DNA of 64,000 nt from an uncultured Hormoscilla sp. (lineage in GTDB: Bacteria > Cyanobacteriota > Cyanobacteriia > Cyanobacteriales > Desertifilaceae), in NCBI GenBank assembly GCA_963921275.4, contig OZ001293.3:64001-128000 (forward strand). Reading direction: 5' to 3'. Of the stretch, positions 33,200 to 44,261 are shown piece by piece (within the stretch, counting starts at the first letter, position 1; the number at the start of each line of letters is the position of its first letter). The notes beneath the pieces are model-generated. The model saw only the letters and a program-made list of their open reading frames with translations. It was not told the origin of the DNA and made no database searches. A program made the translations under genes and the position numbers.

Positions 33200-34615
33200 G
33201 TGCAATATTCAATTGTAACCTTTAATGAATTGTCTCGAACAAAATCATTTCGTATTGATGCTGAGTATTATCGGCCAGTTGCGATTGAATATGAAAACAT
33301 AATTCTGAATAAATTGCATGGCGAATCTATAAGTGAGATTGGTTGCTCTGTTGTGAGCGGGCCATTTGGCTCATCATTGAAAAGCGAGGCATATCTTGAT
33401 CGTGGAGTCCCCCTCGTCCGCATATCGGACCTTAGAGATTTTTTGATATCTACTGATGAGCTGATTTATATATCCCCAGAAAACCATGCTCGTCTATCAA
33501 GTTCTCAGTTATTAGTAGGTGATATAGTGTTATCGAAGGTTGGAAACACCATTGGTGTTGCATCAATCGTTACAGAAGATATAGGGCCTTGTAATATTAG
33601 CGAGAACAATATCGGCATTCGGATGCCGAAGGATTTTCGCGCTGAAAATAAGTCTTTCATGGTCACGTATCTCAACAGCAAGCCTGGTCAACATCAGATA
33701 CTAAGAGCTATTAGCGGTAATGCACAGCCGAAGCTAAATGTGGCAGATATTGAGGAGATAAAGGTTCCTCATGTGTCTGATAATTTTGCATGTGCTATTC
33801 ATGAAACACTGGAACTATCCAAGGGCTTAATCATTCAGGCAGAAACTTTTTATGCTCAAGCCAATATCTTTCTTTTGAAAGAGCTTGGGTTAGCAAATTG
33901 GCAACCCAAGCACCAGCTTACCTTTATCAAAAACTATTCCGACACCAAGCAAGCCCAGCGTATAGATGCAGAATATTTCCAACCCAAATATGATGACATC
34001 ATCAACGCTATAAAGTCCTACAAGGGTGGCTGGGACAGATTGGAAAATCTAGTCACTTTGAAAAATAGCAATTTTACACCTAAAGAAAAAAAAACTTATC
34101 AATATATAGAATTGGCAAACATTTCCGGTAATAGTGAAATTAAAAATTGTACAACTGATGAAGGGCAGAACCTGCTCACAAGAGCAAGGCGTAAAGTAAA
34201 TACAAGCGATATCATAGTATCATCAATTGAAGGCTCTTTATCTAGTATTGCAATAATCGAAGCTGAATACAATAATTCTCTTTGTTAAACAGGTTTTCAT
34301 GTCATCAAATCAGAACATTTTAACCCTGAGACATTACTTTTATTGTTGAAAAGTTCAGTCGGCCAACTACAGCTAAAAAAAGGCTGTAGTGGCACAATCT
34401 TAAATGCAATTGATCGAAATGAATTTAAGAAGATAATTTTGCCGAGTATTCCCAAATCAAAACAACTAGAAATCCAGAACAAAGTCACGGAATATTTCAA
34501 TTTACGCAAGCAATCAAAGCGTCTTTTAGAAAGTGCTAAACATGCTGTTGAAATGGCGATTGAGCAAGATGAAGACACGGCTATACAATGGCTCAACCAA
34601 CAAACAAATATCTAA
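33200..34615 (+). pseudogene. R-M specificity (HsdS-like) subunit, in-frame TAA at 34286
   Basis: RIDAEY twice, SGPFGSSL, GNAQPKLN; LC*TGFHV continues in frame. Confidence 0.88.
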
Positions 34616-34680
34616 CAGATGCTATTAGTGCCGGTGAATAACTCAACTATTTATCATCTGTGGTTAAATCTCAATAATTA

Positions 34681-34881
34681 TCAATTGTCAATTATCCATT
34701 GCCCATTGATTTTGTAGCTTGTGCTACCACCGGGGTTTTGGATGAAGACACCAAGTGCTTTCAAGCCCTGAATATCTCGTAGTGCCGTGTCGTTTGAGCA
34801 CTTGGCTATCTTCGCATATTTGGAGGTATTCATATAACCTCTAAAATTATCTTCCAACATGCGCTTAATGATAAGTCGCTG
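34681..34881 (-). pseudogene. C-terminal wHTH fragment of a Fic-family protein
   Basis: Manual translation FRGYMNTSKYAKIAKCSNDTALRDIQ...GGSTSY. Confidence 0.7.
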
Positions 34882-35087
34882 GGGACTTCAGACCCTATAA
34901 TATGGGTACTATTGGATGATGAAGAGTCCCAGCAGTCAACAAGGCCGGATCTGAATTAGCAAGATTAGGGAAAAACGGAGAGCATTACGCTCTTCTGCTA
35001 GCTGGATGTGGTAAGATAGATCCAACGGAAGACATTTGGGCGATCGCCAGCCCTGATGTTTTCTCCAATTATAAAGGGCTAAATGCT

Positions 35088-35543
35088 ATGTCGGTGATAA
35101 CCTTATCCCTAATGCATCCAACGCAACCGGTGACAATTCAAAGTTGGACTTTTGAACCAGACTCGGTAATTAAGATTGGTCGGGCAAAAGATAATGATGT
35201 AGTGGTTCATAGCTCAGTGGTTTCCCGTAACCATTTGGAACTGTGGCAAAATGGGACTGATTGGGAAATTATTAGTTTTGGTTCTAATGGCACCTATGTG
35301 AATAATGAACCGATCGCCCAACAGCCAGTGTCGGACGGTATGATAGTCCGCTTGGGAAGTTCGGGACCGAAAATTAAAATTCGCTTAGGTGTTTTAGACC
35401 CAAATGCGAAAAGCAGAAAGGCGGGAGAGCAGCGATCGTCTGGCACAGGTACAGGTGATGCCTCAAAAGACCGCCAGACTTTCTTGACTGGGAAAAAAGA
35501 TAGTGAGCCGCCAGCAACTGAGGTAGAAATTAGGCGGAGTTGA
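35088..35543 (+). CDS. FHA-domain protein
   Basis: IGRAKDN, VSRNH, GSNGT; paralog of 30468. Confidence 0.9.
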   Translation: MSVITLSLMHPTQPVTIQSWTFEPDSVIKIGRAKDNDVVVHSSVVSRNHLELWQNGTDWEIISFGSNGTYVNNEPIAQQPVSDGMIVRLGSSGPKIKIRLGVLDPNAKSRKAGEQRSSGTGTGDASKDRQTFLTGKKDSEPPATEVEIRRS

Positions 35544-35845
35544 GGAAAAGTCCCAGTGTAGGTCTCCAGTAAACTGGCGATGGATGTTGTTACCATTAGT
35601 GACTCTTGAGCCCGACTATAAGGGCTGAAAACCACGGCAATGGCGCATGGCTGCCAGCGCAGCGCTATCAGAATGCAAGCAAGTGCGATCGCTCCACAAG
35701 CCTCCGCAGATAAGGGTAGTAAGGGAATTAATAAGGATAATATTAAGATTTGTGTGATTCGGTTAAGTGAATTTTACAGGCATTGGGCCTCGGCTGAAAC
35801 TTGTAGTCGATCGGGTAATCTATTGAGAATAGTTTGGTAGAAAAA

Positions 35846-36850
35846 ATGGCTGAGCTAAGACAAAATGTGATTACCAGAGAATGGGTGATCATTGCTACAG
35901 AGAGGGCAAAAAGACCGGATCAGTTTGCTAGAGAAAAAGAGGCGATCGCGCTGTCACCCTACGCTCTAAATTGTCCTTTTTGTCCGGGAAACGAAGAGGA
36001 TACGAGTGTGGAATCATTGCGTCTCGGCGATGAGAAGGGGTGGCAAGTGCGTGCAGTTGCCAACAAATATCCAGCGCTTTCCCTAGAAATAAAAGGAAAG
36101 AGGAAGGTAAATGGCATTTACCGTTCTTTGCCAGCAGTAGGATATCACGAAGTGATTATCGAACATCCCCGTCACGACCTAACTACGGCACTGCTAAATG
36201 TTGAGGATGTAGCTCAGATTTTGCGGGCCTATCGTCAGCGATATGCGGAGATATCCCATGATCGGGGCATGCAAACGATTATTATCTTCAAGAATCACGG
36301 GAAAGATGCCGCAACTTCCCTGGAACATCCGCACTCGCAGCTAGCGGCTATACCAATTGTACCACACCAATTGCGAAGCCGCATAGAAGAAGCAATTCGC
36401 CATTTCGATGATACGGGGGAATGCCTATACTGTCGAACTCTAGAGGATGAATTAGAAGCAGGGGAGAGAATTGTTTTAGAAAGCGAACATTTTGTGGCGT
36501 TTATGCCCTATGCGCAGCTTTCACCATTTCATATGTGGATTTTTCCTCGCCGACATTACTCATCCTTTGATAAGATTAGTGAGCCAGAGATTCTGGATCT
36601 TGCCTATAACCTGAAAACGGTGCTGGCCAAGTTGTACTATGGCTTGAATAATCCCGATTATAATTATACGATCCGTTCTATCCCTTTGAAGGAGCAGGAG
36701 ACGGTATATTTTCACTGGTACATAGCGATTATCCCCCGGATTTCTAAAACAGCTGGGTTTGAGTTGGGCAGCGGCATGTATATTAATACGGCGTCGCCAG
36801 AAGAAAGTGCCCAGTTTTTGCGGGATGTGCAGCTTCCTAATGTAGAATGA
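35846..36850 (+). CDS. galT: Galactose-1-phosphate uridylyltransferase
   Basis: ELRQN..WVIIATERAKRP, CPFCPGNE, SLEHPHSQ, AGFELG. Confidence 0.95.
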   Translation: MAELRQNVITREWVIIATERAKRPDQFAREKEAIALSPYALNCPFCPGNEEDTSVESLRLGDEKGWQVRAVANKYPALSLEIKGKRKVNGIYRSLPAVGYHEVIIEHPRHDLTTALLNVEDVAQILRAYRQRYAEISHDRGMQTIIIFKNHGKDAATSLEHPHSQLAAIPIVPHQLRSRIEEAIRHFDDTGECLYCRTLEDELEAGERIVLESEHFVAFMPYAQLSPFHMWIFPRRHYSSFDKISEPEILDLAYNLKTVLAKLYYGLNNPDYNYTIRSIPLKEQETVYFHWYIAIIPRISKTAGFELGSGMYINTASPEESAQFLRDVQLPNVE

Positions 36851-37129
36851 TTAGAGTAGGCTTAAGGATAAGGAAAGAAGTTATAATCAAGGGAGCGATC
36901 GCCCCTTGACCATAGCTCTCACCCTGACTATATAGGTTCTTCCCACCGCCAAAAAGAGGATCAGTAATGATATCTAGCTTGGATAAAATTAATCCGGTCA
37001 TCACTAACTGAGTAAGTAATACGGTGTTCCTGGGTGAGTCGCCGTGACTATGTATTGGAACCCAAATGTTTAAGCCGTTCTGGCTTGCCAATCCCTGTAA
37101 AAGGGTCGCGCACGATCGCCTCTATCAGC

Positions 37130-37285
37130 TTAAAGGCACGGAGGGCTGTCTTACGGTCTGTTTCAATCCAATAAACCAGATCTTCACGAAACTCTCGATT
37201 AAAGACAGCATCTCGAATTGGGGTTTCTATGGCTGCGCCACGCTGCGCGAACGGACTGCTGCTTATCTTTCTTCTGAGCCAATCT
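37130..37285 (-). pseudogene. YoeB/Txe toxin remnant
   Basis: REDLVYWIETDRKTALR; interrupted by 22-bp repeat at 37229-37250; truncated. Confidence 0.65.
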
Positions 37286-37581
37286 CTAACTCCTCACGTA
37301 GTTCACTGACAGTCTGAGGTTTCTCAGTTCGGGCTTTAACTCTTTCTAGGGCTGTTAGCAGACGGGCAGCATTTTTGGGCGATCGCAATAAATGAACTGT
37401 TTCCATCAAGCTAGACAGTTTATCTGCGGCGATTAAAGCAACTTTTTCACCATCGGGTCGGCTAATGATGACCACATCCCGAATGGCTGCGCCACGCTGC
37501 GCGATCGGCAATAACTTGCTCGCAGAGTTGAACGAGATTGGCACTAGCGTCAGTCAAGGTTGTCTGGGTCTGTGTTAACAT
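37263..37581 (-). pseudogene. Phd/YefM antitoxin frameshifted by a repeat insertion
   Basis: TTLTDASANLVQLCEQVIADR / VVIISRPDG...ETVHLLRSPKNAARL; 22-bp repeat at 37483-37504. Confidence 0.85.
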
Positions 37582-37696
37582 AGTCAGAAATAAGCTGATT
37601 TGTCGGGTCAATAGTAGATTATAACTTAATGAGTTCCCAGAGGAGGCAAGACTGCTAATTTCCTGGGATGATTTACCAGTTTGCGGAGGCGATCGC

Positions 37697-37891
37697 TCAA
37701 TAACAGAACAACGCATCTGGTTTTTCCAGGCTGTAGTTCAGCCGTTCAAACCCAATTACACGACCATCTTTATCTTTAATTAAAGAAAACTCTTCTCCAG
37801 TTTCCTCTGCGAGAAACTCTTTACTGGGGTCATTAAACCAGACTGTGAGGGTTTTACCTTCTTCATCATAGTAAATTTTTAGAGCGTCCAT
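37697..37891 (-). CDS. DUF2283-like small protein
   Basis: KIYYDEEGKTLTVWF...DKDGRVIGFE. Confidence 0.75.
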   Translation of the reverse strand: MDALKIYYDEEGKTLTVWFNDPSKEFLAEETGEEFSLIKDKDGRVIGFERLNYSLEKPDALFCY

Positions 37892-38161
37892 ACAAATTAT
37901 CCTCGTTTAATTTTGAGTTATCGCCACTATTGAAGTATTATTGATTACTAGTATACTGGTTGCGAGTTCTACTGTCAATCTCTTATTAGAACTCTTCTTA
38001 ATCGTGGCCAAGGTTTTGGAAAGTGACTGGGGACTGAGTAAGTGAAAAGTAATAGTTTTTTAGACTTTTGCTCCATCCAATGCCCCCTGGTTGACCGACA
38101 AAAGTAGTCAACCAGGGGGTGTCAGCAGCAATATTCGGCGATTAACTATTGCGGCACAGAC

Positions 38162-38482
38162 TTACGACTCCCCTGGTGCAAGCCAGTCGAAGGGATCGGC
38201 TGGCTCGAACTCTGCCGACACCTCGCCTGCGAGGGCGAACCGGTCAGAGGCGCGGTTGGTGCCTGGCAGGAAGGTCAGACCTCCGATCTCATTCCAATAG
38301 GCATTGAGCGGGATCTGCCCATCGAAGGGAGGCGAGTTAATCATCACTTTGTATTCCCGCCCATGATGGATAACTAGTTCACCATCGATGTATTCAAAGA
38401 TCGCTGAGTCCCCAGTCCGGTCGGACAGTGACAGGTGTGCGCTAGCGCTGCTGCCATTGGGCAAATCGGCTGCAACGATCAT
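38162..38482 (-). pseudogene. Fragment of a linear amide C-N hydrolase (choloylglycine hydrolase family)
   Basis: HLSLSDRTGDSAIFEY, LPGTNRASDRF; both ends missing. Confidence 0.8.
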
Positions 38483-38624
38483 GAATCACGTGCTGCTGTT
38501 CTGAATTTTCAATATGCTATTTTTGTGGATCGGGAGCGCACAGGAGACTACCAAACGACCTATGGGTTGAGAGAAATCATACATGGTAACAAAGATGATG
38601 TGGTTGCATTCCTAGAAGAGCGTA

Positions 38625-39459
<835 letters not shown>

Positions 39460-39675
39460 ACCTACCTCTAGACGAGATCGGACGTGAGGCCCTGGCCTCA
39501 CGCATAAGGCTCCAACCTCCGGAACAAGGTTACATCACCATCTCTAATGCGCTGCAATGAAGGTTACAATACCGAAGGATTAGAGAACTGGCGATCGCAG
39601 GGACAACCCCTGGGGTGGAGAATATTCACCGGTAGCGCTATGGCGCAAAGGGGTTGCCAAAAATCCGTGTGCGAC

Positions 39676-39731
39676 CTGTATCACTTGACAAGCATGAGAC
39701 GATAGTATATCATGCTTGTCAAGTGATACAG
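39676..39731. promoter_or_regulatory. Perfect 22-bp inverted repeat containing TTGACA-17-TATCAT
   Basis: ctgtatcacttgacaagcatga-12 nt-tcatgcttgtcaagtgatacag. Confidence 0.7.
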
Positions 39732-39879
39732 CCGGGCAGTACGAGTAGTGCTAGACATCGAAAGCAACGGATAGTAGTTCAGGCCACGAGGGGTTAGGGG
39801 TATTGAGTAAGCTTGCCCAAAAAATACTTTATGTGAGATAGAATTTACTTATTCTTGGCAAAAGTAAGCTTAATGTGAG

Positions 39880-40148
39880 AGAAAATCGACTTAGTATAGC
39901 AAAAAAAAGCATTTTTTTTGCTATACTCGACTTATTATAGATTAAAATAGATATTTTATAGATCGAAATCGATATATTATAGTTTGTAATCGACTGATTC
40001 TGGAGCGTAATCGACTTATTATAGCCAAACAAAGCCTTTTTTTTGCTATAATCGACTTATTATAGATCGAAATAAATATATTATAGGTCTAACTCGATAT
40101 ATTATAGGTCTGAATAGACTTATTTTGGATCGGAATAGACTTATTCTC
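39880..40148. repeat. Degenerate AT-rich tandem repeat, about 21-bp period
   Basis: (a/c)tcga(ct/ta)tattatag recurring about 10 times. Confidence 0.75.
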
Positions 40149-40278
40149 AGTCAACAACCCCCAACCTGCCTTGGCCAGAGTAGGCAAAGGTTTACAGACT
40201 GTAGGATTCGTGGATACCCGAAAGCCTCTACCAAATGCGAGCGAGTACCGGTGGTTTGGGTTCTGTTTCGATATCTTT

Positions 40279-41610
40279 CGATCTGACAGGGGCTCTCCCC
40301 CCAGAGTTGGGCGCTCTCAATTTGCTAGCCCTCGATCTGTCCAACAACCAACTGACAGGGGCTCTCCCCCTAGAGTTGGGCGCTCTGCTCAATTTGCGAG
40401 ATTTCGATCTGTCCGACAACCAACTGACAGGGTCGATCCCTCCAGAGTTGGGCAATTTGTCCAATTTGGAATACCTCTATCTGAGCAACAACCAATTGAC
40501 AGGGTCGATCCCCCAAAGCGTCTTAGATATGCTCGCCGTTAAGGCCTTGGAAAACCCTCCTTATGTAGAGACTGAGATTTCCGACCAACGGGTAGTAGTC
40601 GGGGATAACTTCAATCTAGACATTAGCGAGAACTTCGGCGACATCAACAACGACATTTCCAGCTACAGCGCCAGCGGTTTACCCCCGGGTTTAACCCTCA
40701 ACCCACAGGGAATGCTCAGTGGCAGTCCTACCACGGAGGGCAATTTTGCTGTGACAGTAACGGCATCGGATAGTGGGAGACTCGAAGTTGAAGATTACTT
40801 TGAGATTTTGGTGGTAGAGCCTGCTCCTCTCAATGCCAATGATTATACGGCCCTGGAGGCTCTCTATGAAAGTACTGGGGGGACGAATTGGACAAATAAC
40901 AGCGGCTGGAATAACTGGGATTTCAGCAGCGAAACTCCTCCGGCTGCCTCAGAGGCTGACAATTGGTATGGGGTGACAGTAACGGAAGACAGGGTGACAG
41001 AACTCGCTCTGGAGAACAACCAACTGACAGGGTCGATCCCCTCAAATTTGGGCAATTTGTTCAATTTGGAAAACCTCGATCTGAGCAACAACCAACTGAC
41101 AGGGTCGATCCCCCAAAGCGTCTTAGATTTATCCAGCTCAAGGAACTTGGAAAACCCTCCTTATGTAGAAATTGAGATTTCCGACCAACGGGTAGTAGTC
41201 GGGGATAACTTCAATCTAGACATTAGCGAGAACTTCGGCGACATCAACAACATCTCCAGCTACAGCGCCAGCGGTTTACCCCCGGGTTTAACCCTCGACC
41301 GACAGGGAGTGATCAGTGGCAGTCCTACCACGGGGGGCAATTTTGCTGTGACAGTAACGGCATCGGATAGTGGGAGACTCGAAGTTGAAGATCCCTTTGA
41401 GATTGTGGTAGATCCTGTGGGGTAAAGATATCCTCAATGGCACCCTAGGGGACGACTTTATGTATGGCTATTGGGAAGACGACATCCTTGATGGGGGCCA
41501 GGGGAATGACTGGTACGAGGGGGGTAAAGGCCCGGGATACCTTTGTTTTGGGGGTAAGCGAGGGCCATGATACCCTCTCAGACTTTGAAGATGGCGCTGA
41601 ATTGATAGGC
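40279..41610 (+). pseudogene. Fragment of an LRR + putative-Ig (He_PIG) surface protein with a frameshifted RTX-like tail
   Basis: LDLSNNQLTGSIPPELGNL repeats; two YSASGLPPGLTL modules; DILNGTLGDDFMYG...GARGND after 41425 in another frame. Confidence 0.8.
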
Positions 41611-41785
41611 AATTCCGGATGTCACTCACTTTTACTTCCTTGTCTCCTGGGTAGTGCGATACGATGTCTCCCCTTTTGTGCGACTACGATGTTCCCAGCG
41701 CTACGAGCACTACCCGGGGAACATCGAGCGACCGGGAGACATCAGCACTAAAGTGCTTACTACGAAGGTGAGGGCCCGGGGAGAC

Positions 41786-43312
41786 TTACGCGCCTACAGC
41801 TTCTTTAGCGGCGTACATGACTTCAATGGTGATTTCATCTAGGCCCCGATCGCGTGCGAATTTCTCTGTATTCCGCTTGACCTTACCGCGAACAAAACCT
41901 GGTACTTTATTCAGTTCTGCCCGGGCATCTTTAGTCCAGTTTAGGTCAGAATCAGCAGAAATGCCTTTGTGAATTACTTCCTTGGTGTCGTGACCGCCAA
42001 AGATTTCTAACAGATGGTCTTCCATGCCCAAGGTGAAGGAATTGTACACCAAATCTGTAACTTGGTTCGTACCTTCATAACCCAGGAATGGTTTGTAACC
42101 GATCGGGAAATTCTGGATGTGAATGGGGGCGGCAATTACGCCGCAGGGAATGTTCAAGCGCTTGCCTACGTGCCGTTCCATTTGGGTGCCGAAAATGGCC
42201 GAGGGTTCGAAGCGGGCGATCGCATCCCCGATTTCTCCATTATCATCGCTAATCAGCACCTCATCACAATATTCGCTCACCTGTTCTCGGAACCAATCAG
42301 CATCGTACTTGCAGTAAGTTCCGGCCCAAACCACATGTATTCCCATTTCCCGCGCCAGAATTTTGGTCATGGCAGCAGCGTGAGTATTGTCACCGAACAC
42401 TACCACTTTTTTACCGGTCAAATTCTGACAGTCAATGGAACGGGAGAACCAAGCAGCTTGGGAAACGAACCGAGTCTGATTGTCGATATACTCTTCATAA
42501 TCCACATTGGCACCTTGGGCATTGAGTACCTGTTGAATCTTGCGGAGGCAACGGGCCGTTTTCACCACACCCATGGGCGTGATATCCACATAGGGCATGG
42601 CCAACTCTTGTTCCAGATAACGGGCTGTCATCAGGCCAATTTCCCGATAAGGCGCTAGGTTAAACCAGGCGCGAGGCAGGTTCTTCAGGTTGTGAACCGA
42701 GGCCCCTTCGGGTATTACCTCGTTCACTTCAATGCCCAAGTCGGCCATCAGGCGTTTCAGTTCGATGCAGTCATGCTGATTGTGAAAACCTAGGGTAGAA
42801 ATGCCGATGATGTTAACGGAGGGTTTTTCCGTTTTGCCTGCTGGCAGTTCGCCTTTCTTCTTCGCCTTCTGGATGTAGAACTTGACTATTTGATCTAGAG
42901 TGCTGTCTGCTGCTTGCAGTTCGTTCACCCGATAGTGGTTCACGTCCGCTAGCATCACGTCGCCTTGGGCATCCATCTGGGCCCGTGAGACGAAGTTTTC
43001 CAGGTCTTCTTGCAGGATGCTGGAGGTGCAGGTGGGAGTAAGCACGATCAGATCCGGGTTCTCCTCCCGATCCTTGCGGACGATGTTGTCTACCACCTTT
43101 TCTTGAGAACCCCGGGCCAGAACGTTGCGGTCCACGACGCTGGCGGTCACCGGCGTGTAGTCCCGCTCCCGCTCTAGCATGGAACGCATAACGTTGAAGT
43201 AGTCATCCCCGAGGGGGGCGTGCATGATCGCGTGGACGTTCTTGAAGGAACTGGCTATGCGGAGGGTGCCAATGTGGGCCGGGCCTGCATACATCCAGTA
43301 AGCCAATTTCAT
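41786..43312 (-). CDS. chlB: Light-independent protochlorophyllide reductase subunit B
   Basis: [15 protein letters not shown]...[14 protein letters not shown], full length. Confidence 0.99.
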   Translation of the reverse strand: MKLAYWMYAGPAHIGTLRIASSFKNVHAIMHAPLGDDYFNVMRSMLERERDYTPVTASVVDRNVLARGSQEKVVDNIVRKDREENPDLIVLTPTCTSSILQEDLENFVSRAQMDAQGDVMLADVNHYRVNELQAADSTLDQIVKFYIQKAKKKGELPAGKTEKPSVNIIGISTLGFHNQHDCIELKRLMADLGIEVNEVIPEGASVHNLKNLPRAWFNLAPYREIGLMTARYLEQELAMPYVDITPMGVVKTARCLRKIQQVLNAQGANVDYEEYIDNQTRFVSQAAWFSRSIDCQNLTGKKVVVFGDNTHAAAMTKILAREMGIHVVWAGTYCKYDADWFREQVSEYCDEVLISDDNGEIGDAIARFEPSAIFGTQMERHVGKRLNIPCGVIAAPIHIQNFPIGYKPFLGYEGTNQVTDLVYNSFTLGMEDHLLEIFGGHDTKEVIHKGISADSDLNWTKDARAELNKVPGFVRGKVKRNTEKFARDRGLDEITIEVMYAAKEAVGA

Positions 43313-44261
43313 ATATTCTTCTCCGTTGTCCTAGTTGAGAATGTGATTGCTTTTGCCGGGATCCCCCCTCGCCGCGAATTCGGGGAGAAGGAATGAGGGA
43401 AGTAGGCGCTCTTTGTAGGGTGGACACTGCCCACCAGTTCAATAGGTAGTGGCCATTGCCCACCAGTTCAATAGGTAGGGTGGGCCGTGCCCACTGTCAG
43501 ACCCTACCGGTAGTTGAGAACTGTTTGATTTCCGTAAGTGATTCCTAGGCCTACGGAAATCGTGATGGCATTGTCCTAATATAAAGCCCATCGGGCGTAC
43601 TGATGATGATAGCCGATCTCGCCGTTACCCTATGAGGGTGCGATCGGCATATCAGGGTCCGTATGGGGGTGGGAGTGTCACAGGTGTACCAAGGCCCTAA
43701 GTTGCTACCGGTCTCTGCATCTGGGGCGATCGCCTACAAAGAGAATATCTTGGCTGATCATAGAAAAAAGGAGGTAGCAATGCCAACGAAACAAGATTGG
43801 AACTGGTTAGCCATCAACTCTCATTATCAAACCGCCACTGCTGTGCAACAACTTTTGCAAGAGGGAAATTCAATCGCAGCGGGAAATCAGGATTCTGGCA
43901 TAGGCTCTCAACCCTGGTTTTGTGGGTAAAGCTTCATCCGATCGCTGCCAAATACTTCCTGGAGGTATTCGTTGATTACCAGTGATTCATAGACTACTGT
44001 TTCGCCATGCTGAATTACAGGTACGGTGCCATTCGGGTTGAGTTGATGAAACCAGTCGGTTTTATTGTCTTTACCTAATTCAATGTTCTTGTAGGTAAAA
44101 TCAACTTGCAGCTCTCACAGCGCGATCCAACTCCTTTGAGCATAGGGGCAATTGCGGTTAGCGTAAAATATTAATGCCGGTCGATCGTTCATGTTTCCTC
44201 TGTTCCCTCTTGCTATTGGTTTTCCTGATGATAGCATGTTTACCTGATTGTAGTCCCGATG

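Noticed and set aside
26489..34288. Stop-codon recoding explaining the in-frame stops
   Set aside because: Different codons replace different residues, and frameshifts are equally common; ordinary decay is simpler.
43780..43929. 49-aa ORF with strong RBS as a novel peptide
   Set aside because: Looks like the truncated N-terminus of a DUF29-like protein fused to unrelated sequence.
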